Positions 1 to 11,637 of a stretch of DNA of 64,000 bases are shown here, piece by piece; position 1 is the first letter of the stretch; each line of letters opens with the position of its first letter. This DNA is from Dictyostelium discoideum (lineage: Eukaryota). A program made the translations under genes and the position numbers. Below the pieces are notes generated by a model that saw only the letters and a list, made by a program, of their open reading frames with translations, was not told where the DNA came from and did no database searches. Location of the stretch: NCBI GenBank assembly GCA_000004695.1, contig CM000152.2, positions 2,848,001 to 2,912,000 on the forward strand. The letters are read 5' to 3'.

Positions 1-982
1 AAATAGTTGTACAAGTTTAAATAATGGTAAATGTAATTCAAATACAGGTGAATGTCAATGTAACGATAAATTTAGTGGTTTCGATTGTAGTACACCAATT
101 AAAATCATTGAAAGTGCACCACCAACAAATACATCAATCAATAAAGATACAGGAGGTATAGAACTTACCAATCAAGATACAATATATGAAATTTCAATTA
201 TATCATTAAATGAAATTTCAATTGATGGTTCAATTATTAAATCACATCAATTAAAAGGTAATTGGTCAAGCGATAATACAACAATAACACCAGATTCAAA
301 TTATTTCAAATTTTCACAACAATTAATTAATAATACATGTAAAATTACATTTACTATTGAAGAGATTAAATTAAAAGATAAGAGTTTTACATTTGGATCG
401 ACAACGTTTAAAGTTGAAAAAGATTCAATAAAATTATCAGTTTTAATTCAAGATTATCAATATCAAAGTTCATTAAATACATTACAATTAATATTTTATT
501 CAGCAGTTGGAAATGATTCAAATTCTAACAATGATGATTGTAATAAACAAGATACATCAATTGATACATCAAATGCAAATAATCAACAAATTTCAAATTA
601 TATTCAAATTTCTAAAAATTCAAAAACATTAGTCGGTCGTTTCATTAATCAAGTAATTGCAGATTCAAGATCAACTTTTATGTCAAGTACAATTATTAAA
701 GATAATGATAATAACTCATCGTCATCAGTTATGTTGGGATTAAATCTACCACATTGTAAAGAATGTTTAATTGATCCAGACTTTTCAGTATTGGTAAGTC
801 CAGATTTTAAAGAATCATGCAATGAATCAACAAATAAAAACAAATGGTTAATACCTGTCGTTGTCATTGTACCTGTAGTAGGTTGTGCTGTAATTGTTAC
901 TCTATCTATTGTTTTTTTTAAAAAATATAAATATAATTTAAAATTTATTGCAATCAAATTAAAACCATTTAAAAAGCAATAA
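1..982 (+). CDS. 3' portion (C-terminal ~327 aa) of an LRR/EGF/TIG-family type I membrane glycoprotein paralogue (copy 1); the 5' part lies outside the window
   Basis: The frame is open from the window start (codons begin at nt 2) to TAA at 980-982. The nucleotide sequence is near-identical to 4270-5250, 9370-10358 and 14010-15067. It shows an EGF-like Cys spacing (CPNSCTSLNNGKCNSNTGECQCNDKFSGFDCSTP), a hydrophobic TM segment WLIPVVVIVPVVGCAVIVTLSIVFF and a short basic tail. Confidence 0.85.
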   Translation, partial: NSCTSLNNGKCNSNTGECQCNDKFSGFDCSTPIKIIESAPPTNTSINKDTGGIELTNQDTIYEISIISLNEISIDGSIIKSHQLKGNWSSDNTTITPDSNYFKFSQQLINNTCKITFTIEEIKLKDKSFTFGSTTFKVEKDSIKLSVLIQDYQYQSSLNTLQLIFYSAVGNDSNSNNDDCNKQDTSIDTSNANNQQISNYIQISKNSKTLVGRFINQVIADSRSTFMSSTIIKDNDNNSSSSVMLGLNLPHCKECLIDPDFSVLVSPDFKESCNESTNKNKWLIPVVVIVPVVGCAVIVTLSIVFFKKYKYNLKFIAIKLKPFKKQ

Positions 983-1211
983 AATAAAAAAGAATTTTTC
1001 ACAATTTTAAAATTTATTGCAATCAAATTAAAACCATTTAAAAAAAAAAAAAAAAAAAAAAGAATTTATTATTTATTATGTTGGTGACTCTATAAACTTG
1101 ATTGTTTTGGAAAACCAAAAAAGCATGACCATTTAGAAAATGCAAATTTTATATTTTCACCAAATATTCACAAGATTCACTCAACATTTTAGATTATCAT
1201 TATAGTCACTA

Positions 1212-1259
<48 letters not shown>

Positions 1260-1428
1260 TGGAATCTAATCGATAAATCAAATTTTAATTTATATTAATA
1301 AATTTCTAAAAAGTAATTATTATAATTTTTATTCGTTTTAAAAAATTGAAAATGTGAGTAATCAAAAAAAAAAAAAAAAATCTGAAATAATCTTTAATTC
1401 AGAGAAAAACAATAAATATCCAAAATCG

Positions 1429-1459
<31 letters not shown>

Positions 1460-1524
1460 TTCCTTGCCCAAAATTTTTATTTTATTTTATATTTTTTTAT
1501 TTTTAGCAAAATATATTTTATATA

Positions 1525-1600
1525 ATGAAATTTCTTTTGATTTTATTTATTTCCTATTTTGTAATAAATGTTGTCAAGGGTCAATTAAATTTACAAGAGG
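1525..1600 (+). CDS. copy 2, exon 1 (signal peptide MKFLLILFISYFVINVVKGQLNLQE)
   Basis: ATG followed by a hydrophobic signal-like peptide, then a GTACG donor. The position and phase (1) match exon 1 of copies 3 and 4. Confidence 0.55.
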
Positions 1601-1704
1601 GTACGAAAAATAAAAAAATAAAAAAATAAAAAAAATTATTTATTACTCATCCTTTTTTATTTTTTTTTTTTTTTTTTTTCACACCCATCCACATCAATTA
1701 AAAG

Positions 1705-1810
1705 AACAATGCCTTGGTCAAATATTTTCAAATTTGGGTGTTAATATTCAAACATCAGATTATTGTTCATCAAATTATACAGGTTGTAATGGACAATTTG
1801 TTAGCGTTTT
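1705..1810 (+). CDS. copy 2, exon 2 (..CLGQIFSNLGVNIQTSDYCSSNYTGCNGQFVSVL)
   Basis: AAAAG acceptor and GTATGT donor. The translation aligns with exon 2 of copy 3 (CLDHLLSNLGINTV..GTFVSGL) and both end in phase 2. Confidence 0.5.
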
Positions 1811-1813
1811 GTA

Positions 1814-1860
<47 letters not shown>

Positions 1861-1938
1861 AGGAATAAAATTCCAAAAACTAATTATTTATTTAAATTAT
1901 TTGTTTAACTTCTTTTTAAATGTTTAATAAAAAAAAAG

Positions 1939-2232
1939 AAATATAAAATCATATACATCCACACACGAATTTTCTCAAGTTGATTTTCAATGTTTTTCAA
2001 AGGTTATATCAATTAGTATTTCAGATTTAAAAATTTCATCAACATTTTTAGAAGGACCATTCCCCACCGAAGTAGCACTCTCCTTTCACAATTGCTCTAC
2101 TACTTATAGTAATTTATTTTCAACAATAATCAATTCAAATATAACGTATTTGTCTTTTGATAGAATAGATCCACTTCAAATATCAAATACTGTTAATATC
2201 AAATTATCATACCTTAATAGAGCGTCAATTTT
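1939..2232 (+). CDS. copy 2, exon 3 (..VDFQCFSKVISISISDLKISSTFLEGPFP..)
   Basis: The frame is open and aligns with copy 3 exon 3 (SLDFQCFSKISQVTISNSNISSSFLRG..). GTAAGG donor. Confidence 0.5.
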
Positions 2233-2328
2233 GTAAGGTTTTTTTTTTTTTATATTTTATTTATTTTATTTATTAATTTATTTATTTATTTATTTATTTA
2301 TTTATTTTTTTAAAAAAAGTATTTTTAG

Positions 2329-2619
2329 TATTATAAAAGTAAGTTCATCATCTGATTATATCATATTGATTAATGATATCCCAGCTGGTAGTACGAAATC
2401 ATTTACTCAAATTGCAATGGATATTAAAGATTTACCACCAATGGATAATATTATTTTGAACGGTCTTAATATAAGAACTTTTAATTCACCTACTAGTAAA
2501 GGATACAGCAATATTCAAACTTTAAAATATATTACAAATTTCTATATTTTCATTAATCAAGGATATTCAGATTTTAGTGAATTTGCTTTAATTCCAAATC
2601 AAAATAACTTTAAAATAAT
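2329..2619 (+). CDS. copy 2, exon 4 (LINDIPAGSTKSFTQIAMDIKDLPPMDN..GYSDFSEFALIPNQNNFKI)
   Basis: Listed ORF 2366..2659. TTTTAG acceptor and GTATTT donor. It joins exon 5 in phase. Confidence 0.55.
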
Positions 2620-2702
2620 GTATTTATTATTATTTTTTAAAAAATCATTATTTATTTAATTTATATTAATAAAAATAAAAATAATAATAATATAATATAT
2701 AG

Positions 2703-5250
2703 ACAAATGGCAGGAAATTTATCACCAACACCAACTGGAATAATTGATTTAAGAAATTTATCAGGATTAAAACAATTAATATTATCGTTGGTTTCATCAG
2801 ATTTCAATTATCAAGGTCATATTCCACTTAATTTGCCACAAACAGTTAAAAATTTTCATATTTCCGATGGTTCATTTTCAGTTGGTGTAAAAGAGTTTTT
2901 GAATGCTTATCCGAATATCTCTATTGTTTCTATCCCAGGCAATCAAATTAACGCTAATTTTTCAGAATGGAAAAATAGAGGTTATGATCAATTTTCTATA
3001 AGTGAGAATAACTTTCAAGGAACTGTTGATTCATCATGGTGTACCACAATGACAACTTTATTAAAAAATAAATTGACAGGTGATTTACCATCATGTTTCG
3101 CTTGTCATTTGTATAATGAATATATTAATTTTACAGTATCTGAAAATCTTTTTAATCCTATTCTACCATGTACAACTTTAATACCAAATCTTAGATTCGA
3201 TTCATCAAGTAATATATTATATCTATATGGTGATGACTTGGGTTTCTATGAAACTGATATTAAAATAGTTTCATCACCAACAAAATCATTCAATCATTTA
3301 ATTTATTCAAAATTATTTTTTTGTGATAAATTTACTCAATCAAATTTACCAGAAATTTTAACTTTAGATTTTACAAGTGCAAATAAAACTTTTATATTAT
3401 CAACAGTTGAAAAACCACCATTAGTAGATTTAGTCACTGTTGCATCTTCATCTGCTTTATTATTTTTTGATGGATCATTTTTTAATTATAATAAATCATC
3501 AATTAAAATCAAAGTTGATGATTTAACATGTTTAATTACTCAAACTACATTTAATCAAACTAGTTGTCTAATTCAAGGATCATATAATAAGAATTCACTT
3601 GCTCAAATTACAATTACAGTAGAAAGTTATTATACAACTAAATTAAAAATATTACAAACAAACCTTTTTGCCTATTTAAATCAATCAACAACAGTTTATA
3701 GTTGTTCGTTGGATTGTAACTCACTTGGTGGTATTTGTAATACATTAATTGGTCAATGTTCATTTAATTGTCCAAATGATTGTACAAATTCTTTGGCAGG
3801 TACATGTAATAGTTCAACAGGAGTATGCAATTGTTATACTGATTTTCAAGGTTTAGATTGTTCATTACCATTTAAAGCTTGTACATCAGATTGTAGTTCA
3901 CCATTAAGTCAAGGTTCATGTAATAATCAAACTGGTATTTGTCAATGTATACCAAATTATCAAGGTTTAAATTGTAATATTCCATCACATTATATTACTT
4001 CAGTTATTCCATGTTCAATTGATGGTGGTGAAGTTTTAATTAATGGTTGGTTTGGTAATAATAATGATGGTACACATTTATTATCATCATATAATATAGT
4101 TATAGGTAGTTTAGATTGTATTGTTACATCAATTAATGAAACAGAAATTAAATGTAATCTTGGAGCAGGTACAGGTACAAAAAATATTAAAATTATAAAT
4201 TCAATTAATCCAAATGTAATTTTCAATGGTAATGGATTATTTAATTATCAAAATCCAATTAAAACTTGTCCAAATAGTTGTACAAGTTTAAATAATGGTA
4301 AATGTAATTCAAATACAGGTGAATGTCAATGTAACGATAAATTCATTGGTTTCGATTGTAGTACACCAATTAAAATCATTGAAAGTGCACCACCAACAAA
4401 TACATCAATCAATAAAGATACAGGAGGTATAGAACTTACCAATCAAGATACAATATATGAAATTTCAATTATATCATTAAATGAAATTTCAATTGATGGT
4501 TCAATTATAAAATCACATCAATTAAAAGGTAATTGGTCAAGCGATAATACAACAATAACACCAGATTCAAATTATTTCAAATTTTCACAAAAATTAATTA
4601 ATAATACATGTAAAATTACATTTACTATTGAAGAGATTAAATTAAAAGATAAGAACTTTACATTTGGAACGACAACGTTTAAAGTTGAAAAAGATTCAAT
4701 AAAATTATCAGTTTTAATTCAAGATTATCAATATCAAAGTTCATTAAATACATTACAATTAATATTTTATTCAGCAGTTGGAAATGATTCAAATTCTAAC
4801 AATGATGATTGTAATAAACAAGATACATCAATTGATACATCAAATGCAAATAATCAACAAATTTCAAATTATATTCAAATTTCTAAAAATTCAAAAACAT
4901 TAGTTGGTCGTTTCATTAATCAAGTAATTGCAGATTCAAGATCAACTTTTATGTCAAGTACAATTATTAAAGATAATAATAATAACTCATCGTCATCAGT
5001 TATGTTGGGATTAAATCTACCACATTGTAAAGAATGTTTAATTGATCCAGACTTTTCAGTATTAGTAAGTCCAGATTTTAAAGAATCATGCAATGAATCA
5101 ACAAATAAAAACAAATGGTTAATACCTGTCGTTGTCGTTGTACCTGTAGTAGGTTGTGCTGCAATTCTTACTCTATCTGTAGTTTTATATAAAAAATATA
5201 AATATAATTTAAAATTTATTGCAATCAAATTAAAACCATTTAAAGAATAA
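2703..5250 (+). CDS. copy 2, exon 5: LRR-like region, EGF-like modules, IPT/TIG-like domain, C-terminal domain, TM helix and short tail
   Basis: An 847-aa open frame (listed 2707..5250) preceded by an ATATATAG acceptor at 2701-2702. LRR-like NxLxGxLPxxxxxLxxL repeats. EGF-like CxxxCxxxxxGxCxxxxGxCxCxxxxxGxDC modules. A TIG-like segment (ITSVIPCSIDGGEVLINGWFGNN..NPNVIFNGNGLFNYQNP). TM segment WLIPVVVVVPVVGCAAILTLSVVLY. Confidence 0.9.
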
Positions 5251-5322
5251 AAAATAATTTTTTTTAAAATCGCTTGTGTTTGAAATTATCTATATCTGCC
5301 CTATATTTATGGGTCTTAGATA

Positions 5323-5358
<36 letters not shown>

Positions 5359-5583
5359 CCTATTTATGTTTTATCTAATTAAATGCCAAAATAAAATGGT
5401 GTGTTATTGTTGAAGGATTCAAAACCCCAAAAAAAAAAAAATAATAAAAAATCAGACTCTTTGAAAAACTGGGTCTCATTAGTAGGATGGCGTAACCCTT
5501 ATTTTTTTTTTATTTCTAAACTTAATTCTTCAATTTTTTTTATTACTTTCTGAATGTGCAACTATTTTTTATTTTTTTTAATG

Positions 5584-5616
<33 letters not shown>

Positions 5617-5957
5617 ATAAGAAATGGTTACATTTATTTTTTATGTCATTTTGTGTATTTTTGAAGGAGATTTCTATTTATCATACTAAATTCATATTAA
5701 AAATAAATAAAATTAAATTTTTGTTCAAAAAAAAATGAAAAATGAAAATATTTTTTTTTATTTCAAATGCCAATGTTTTTATCTTTTTAAATTTTCTTTT
5801 TTTATTTTTTTTTTTAAAAATAACGCCCTTTAAAATAAATTTCTTCAATTATTAAAAAAATCAACGTAAAAAGTTTTTTTTCATATAAATTTTTATTTTT
5901 TTTATTTTTTTTTTTTATTTTTTTTTTTTATTTTTTTTTATTTTTTTTTTTTTTTTG

Positions 5958-6050
5958 TTTTATTTTATTTTTTATTTTATTTTATTTTATTTTATTTTAT
6001 TTTATTTTATTTTATTTTATTTTATTTTATTTTATTTTATAATTAAAATT
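5958..6050. repeat. (ATTTT)n pentanucleotide microsatellite, ~18 units
   Basis: Direct reading of TTTTA/ATTTT units upstream of copy 3. Confidence 0.9.
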
Positions 6051-6260
6051 GGCAAATTAATATGAATATTCAATTTTTATGTAATATTTTTATTTTTCGT
6101 CGAATAATTTGATATTTATAGGTTCCGTTTGATTTCTCGTTTAAATTTTCTTTTTTTTTTCTATTTTTTTTTTTTGGGATTGAAAATCTAAAAAATTATT
6201 TTTTTATAAAAAAAAAAAAAAACGATGATTTTTCATTAAGCAAACAACCAAAAAGTCGTG

Positions 6261-6345
6261 ATGATCAAATTTTTTACCATTTTAATTATATATTCTTTGT
6301 TGTTATTAAATTTTACCAAAGGTTCGACATTAGAGGACAGTGAAA
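6261..6345 (+). CDS. copy 3, exon 1 (signal peptide MIKFFTILIIYSLLLLNFTKGSTLEDSE)
   Basis: ATG at 6261 (the ORF track starts at GTG 6258). Hydrophobic N-terminus. GTATGA donor, phase 1 as in copy 2. Confidence 0.55.
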
Positions 6346-6397
6346 GTATGAATAAAAAAAAAAAAAAAAAAAAAAGAAAATTCACAATACTAAATAT

Positions 6398-6430
<33 letters not shown>

Positions 6431-6443
6431 GATCACAAAAAAG

Positions 6444-6558
6444 AAATATGCTTAGATCATCTTTTATCAAATTTAGGAATAAATACTGTTATAGATTGTT
6501 TAAATAGTAATATTGTAGTATGTTCTACAAATAACCTAGGGACATTTGTTAGTGGTTT
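6444..6558 (+). CDS. copy 3, exon 2
   Basis: AAAAAG acceptor and GTAAGA donor. The peptide KICLDHLLSNLGINTVIDCLNSNIVVCSTNNLGTFVSGL is homologous to copy 2 exon 2. Confidence 0.5.
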
Positions 6559-6667
6559 GTAAGAATGAATAAAAAAATAAAAAAAAAATAAAAAAAAAAA
6601 ATAATTCTATTAACATTTAATTTTTTATTACATTTTATTTAATTATTTATTTTATTTTATTTAATTT

Positions 6668-6721
6668 TGTTTTATTTTATTTTATTTTATTTTATTTTAT
6701 TTTATTTTATTTTATTTTATT
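6668..6721. repeat. (ATTTT)n microsatellite in intron 2 of copy 3
   Basis: Direct reading. A second array of the same pentamer is also seen at 5958-6050. Confidence 0.85.
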
Positions 6722-6727
6722 TATTAG

Positions 6728-7012
6728 AGTTTTAAAATCAAACAATAATGCATACCAAATTTCTTCACTTGATTTTCAATGTTTTTCTAAGATTTCACAA
6801 GTTACTATTTCAAATTCAAATATTTCATCATCTTTTTTAAGAGGAAATACAACCATTGAATTCATTTCTTTTTCTAATAATACCATCGAATATAATGAAT
6901 TATTTTCATCACAAATTAATACAAAATTAAAAAATGTTTTTATTACTAATATACCACCACCAAATTCTCAAATTAATATTAATTTTTCAATAATTGCTTC
7001 CTTATCAAATTT
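6728..7012 (+). CDS. copy 3, exon 3
   Basis: TTATTAG acceptor and GTAAGT donor. The frame is open and aligns with copy 2 exon 3. Confidence 0.5.
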
Positions 7013-7055
7013 GTAAGTTTTTTTTTTTTTTTTTTTTAATTTTTAATTCTTATTA

Positions 7056-7059
<4 letters not shown>

Positions 7060-7149
<90 letters not shown>
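7060..7149. repeat. (ATT)n trinucleotide microsatellite, ~30 perfect units, in intron 3 of copy 3
   Basis: Direct reading. Confidence 0.9.
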
Positions 7150-7198
7150 CATTTTTATTAATATTATTTAATTAATTAAAATTGTTTTTTAAAAAAAG

Positions 7199-7496
7199 AC
7201 AATTTCAATTGAATACTTGGGGTGAGAATAGTAGATATATATCATTGATTAATGATTTTCCAGTTGGAGGAATGCGTCCAATCCCAAGTTTAGCAATGGA
7301 TCTTAAAGATATACCACCCATGGATAATGTTAAATGTGGAAGTGTTACTTTTAGAGCCTACGATTCACCTTCAGCTTTGGTTTTAGCATTTCCTAACATT
7401 AAAAAATATAAATTCAATTTATTTATACATTGCAAGAGGAACTTCAGATTTTACCCAATTTAGTTTAATTCCAAATGATAATTTTATATATACAAT
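7199..7496 (+). CDS. copy 3, exon 4 with an internal frame change near 7420-7440 (possible pseudogene lesion)
   Basis: One frame (listed ORF 7182..7463) matches copy 2 exon 4 for about 80 codons and then hits TAG at 7464. The last ~20 codons (GTSDFTQFSLIPNDNFIYT) match copy 2 only in the +1 frame. That +1 frame is the one that splices in phase to exon 5. Confidence 0.45.
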
Positions 7497-7506
7497 GTAT
7501 GTTTTT

Positions 7507-7519
7507 ATTATTATTATTA

Positions 7520-7597
<78 letters not shown>

Positions 7598-7618
7598 TAT
7601 TATTTATTATTATTATTT
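7507..7618. repeat. (TTA)n/(TAT)n microsatellite in intron 4 of copy 3
   Basis: Direct reading. It produces the spurious poly-Y ORF 7495..7704. Confidence 0.85.
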
Positions 7619-7684
7619 TTATTATTAAAAAAGAACTAATTTATAATATTATTTTTTTTTTTTTTATTTTAAAAAAAAAAAAAG

Positions 7685-10358
7685 ATTCTTTAATGGAGCT
7701 TTGATTTCACCATCTATTGTTGATTTAAGAAATTTAACTATATTAAATTATATTGATTTAAGAAATGTTATTTTAGATTTTAATTATCAAGGTAAAATTC
7801 CTCTTATTCTTCCTCAAAGTGTTACTAGTCTTGGTATTAGTGGAAGTTCTTTTTCTAGTGTTAATGAATTTATAGGAAATTATCCAAGAATTTCAACGAT
7901 TGCAATTTCTTTTAATCAAATTCCAGATAATTTTACAGAATGGAGAAATAGAGGTTATGCATCATTTGATGTAAATAATAATAAACTTCAAGGAACTATT
8001 GATTCGTCATGGTGTACTACTGTTTTAAAGATTGGTGATAATCAATTATCAGGTAAATTACCTTCTTGTTATACTTGTCATTTATTAAGTGATTATGTTA
8101 AATTTATGATTATTGGTGGTAAAAATTCATTTACAAATGTAGATCCAATACCAGAATGTACAACTTTAATACCAAACCTTAGATATAATTCCTCAACAAA
8201 AGAACTCACTCTATATGGTGATGATTTAGGTTTTTATACTGAAAATGTTATAGTACCAGGTTTTGATTATTCATTTTCTCCAAAGATTCAATCGAAATTA
8301 TTTGTAGCTAGTAATGTAATTCAATATGATTTACCCCAGATTTTAAATTTTAAATTTCCAGGAGCAAATAAAACATTTACATTATCAACAATTCAAAAAC
8401 CACCCATTATAAATACAGTAATAGCAACGGTTCAATCCTATTCTGTTATTTTAGAAGGATCATTTTTCAACTATAATATATCATCAATTGAAATCTTTAT
8501 TGGTGATGTTCAATGTTCAATAGTGTCTGCAACATTTTATAAAGTTGAATGTTTAACATTTGAAACATATGAGAAAAATATAATTGGAAAAGTTTCAATT
8601 AATATTAAAGATTATTACTATAGCAATTTAACAATATTAGAAACATCTGTAATTGCATATTTAAATCAAACTACACAAATTAAAAATTGTCAATTAGATT
8701 GTATCTCACTTGGTGGTTTTTGTAATACATTAATTGGTCAATGTAATATTGATTGTCCAAATAATTGTACTGGTTCATTATCAGGTACTTGTGAAAGATC
8801 AACAGGAGTTTGTATTTGTAATATTGGTTATCAAGGTATTGATTGTTCAGTACCAATTCATTCTTGTCCCTCAAATTGTAATGCTCAATCCAATCAAGGT
8901 ACATGTAATTATCAAAATGGTATTTGTCAATGTTCTCCAAATTATCAAGGTTTAGATTGTTCATTACCATTTAAAGTTTGTACATCAGATTGTAGTTCAC
9001 CATTAAATCAAGGTTCATGTAATAATCAAACTGGTATTTGTCAATGTATACCAAATTATCAAGGTTCAAATTGTAATATTCCATCACATTATATTACATC
9101 AGTTATTCCATGTTCAATTGATGGTGGTGAAGTTTTAATTAATGGTTGGTTTGGTAATAATAATGATGGTACAAATTTACTATCATCATATAATATTGTT
9201 ATAGGTAGTTTAGATTGTATTGTTACATCAATTAATGAAACAGAAATTAAATGTAATCTTGGAGCAGGTACAGGTACAAAAAATATTAAAATTATAAATT
9301 CAATTAATCCAAATGTAATTTTCAATGGTAATGGATTATTTAATTATCAAAATCCAATTAAAACTTGTCCAAATAGTTGTACAAGTTTAAATAATGGTAA
9401 ATGTAATTCAAATACAGGTGAATGTCAATGTAGTGATAAATTTAGTGGTTTCGATTGTAGTACTCCAATTACAATCATTGAAAGTGCACCACCAACAAAT
9501 ACATCAATCAATAAAGATACAGGAGGTATAGAACTTACCAATCAAGATACAATCTATGAAATTTCAATTATATCATTAAATGAAATTTCAATTGATGGTT
9601 CAATTATAAAATCACATCAATTAAAAGGTAATTGGTCAAGTGATAATACAACAATAACACCAGATTCAAATTATTTCAAATTTTCACAAAAACTAATTAA
9701 TAATACATGTAAAATTACATTCACTATTGAAGAGATTAAATTAAGAGATAAGAGTTTTACATTTGGAACAACAACGTTTAAAGTTGAAAAAGATTCAATA
9801 AAATTATCAGTTTTAATTCAAGATTATCAATATCAAAGTTCATTAAATACATTACAATTAATATTTTATTCAGCGGTTGGAGATGATACAAATTCAAATT
9901 CAAATAATGATTGTAATAAACAAGATACATCAATTGATACATCAAATGCAAATAATCAACAAATTTCAAATTATATTCAAATTTCTAAAAATTCAAAAAC
10001 ATTAGTCGGTCGTTTCATTAATCAAGTAATTGCAGATTCAAGATCAACTTTTATGTCAAGTACAATTATTAAAGATAATAATAAATCATCTTCATCATCA
10101 TCATCATCATCAGTTATGTTGGGACTAAATCTACCACATTGCAAAGAATGTTTAATTGATCCAGACTTTTCTGTATTAGTAAGTCCAGATTTTAAAGAAT
10201 CATGCAATGAATCAACAAATAAAAACAAATGGTTAATACCTGTCGTTGTCGTTGTACCTGTAGTAGGTTGTGCTGTAATTGCTACTATATCTATACTAAT
10301 GTATAGAAAGAATAGATATAGAATACAGCTTCTCAAACTAAGAACTTTTAAAAAATAA
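7685..10358 (+). CDS. copy 3, exon 5: LRR-like, five EGF-like modules, TIG-like, TM
   Basis: An 885-aa open frame (the track starts at TTG 7701). AAAG acceptor at 7683-7684. The 3' ~1.4 kb is near-identical to copy 2 and the 5' part is diverged. It carries a (TCA)n Ser expansion at ~10087-10110. Confidence 0.85.
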
Positions 10359-11637
10359 AAAAATAAAATAGAAAAAATTTGAAAGTATGGTCCATTTTGG
10401 ATTTTACTTTTTTTTTTTAATGATAATTTTTTTAAATCTCGAAAGACAACCAATTCCAAATGGAAAAATAAAATCTAAACCTAAATTAATTTATAAATTA
10501 ATTTCTTTTAAATAACAATAATAATTTAAAGACAAAAAAAAAAGTTATTTTTAATAAAAAAAAAAGAGAAAATAAATATTATTTATAAAGTTTTTTTTTT
10601 TTTTTATTTTTTTTTTTATTTCCTATGCGGCTCTCCTTTGTTTTTGAAAATGAAATTATTTTTTTTTTTTTAATTATTTAAATGGTAATAAAAATAAAGA
10701 AAAATAAAAAAAAAAAATTACTAGGAGTAGTAGTACCCAGCTATCTCAAATACAAAGCAACATCATACCGCTACTATTACTATCATTATCATTATTATTG
10801 CCATTACCACCATTACCACTACCACACTATTATTACATTATTATTACCATACCACCATTATTATTATTATTACTACTACTATTAACATTACCACATTATT
10901 ATTATTACCACGATTATTACTATTACCATTATCATCAGCAATATATAAAAAAAAAAGATTCAATAGACTGACATATAGAATTTTCAATTTTGTACTGTTG
11001 TTCCAATTCTTGTCTCAGTTTCAATTTACAAATGTTCAATCACAGTAGAAATTATTTGGTACATGCCTTTATCGTTTTCTATCTTTTTCTTTTTCTTTTT
11101 TTTGTTGTTCTCTATGTTTTTCATTCTCTTTTTCGCAATGCTGTTGAAGATGATGGTGATGATGTTTATCCTCTGATCTAATTATTATTATTATTATTAT
11201 TTTTATTGGGAAAGGTTATGGTTGTTGATTTTGTTGGTGTTATTATTATAGATGCTTCTTTATTACTACTACTAAACCTTCATTTTTACTGGTTGTTTTT
11301 AATTAAAACAAAAAGAAAAGAAAAGAAAAAATAAAAAAATAATAAGTTTTGGATTGTTGTTTGGTTTTTTTTTTTTTTTTTTTTTTTTCCAAAAACCCAT
11401 TAAAAAATTTTTCCACCCCCCAAATTTTTTTAATTATTTGAAAAGTTTAATAGTTTTGGTATTTGATGTCTAGTTTTAATTTTTTGTTTTTTTTTATCTT
11501 AGGATAATAAAAAAAAAAAAATAAGAAATAAAAAAAAAAAAAAAAGAATGGATGTTGTTGTTTTTTTTTTTTTATTTTCACAAAAATAGCATTCATATAA
11601 TTTTTTTTATTTAATTGTTTAGCTCTTTGAAAGAACA

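Noticed and set aside
649-1026. Minus-strand ORFs of 100-145 aa antisense to the C-terminal ends of the array genes (649..1026, 4920..5228, 10022..10459, 14740..15108) and 78-aa antisense ORFs 3990..4226, 9089..9325, 13726..13962
   Set aside because: They are conserved between copies only because the sense-strand DNA is ~97% identical. They have no start context or splice signals and sit opposite a strongly supported coding frame.
5556-6455. Short ORFs rich in K/F/N (5556..5738, 6236..6436, and similar ones at 11447..11831, 37552..37864, 40384..40587, 42392..42703, 59161..59343, 61874..62071, 63310..63498)
   Set aside because: They are translations of homopolymer A/T runs in intergenic or intron DNA. 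The exception is the part of 6258..6455 that forms the real signal-peptide exon of copy 3.
7495-7704. ORF encoding poly-Tyr (MYVFIIIIIFYYYY...)
   Set aside because: It is a translation of the intronic (TTA)n microsatellite.
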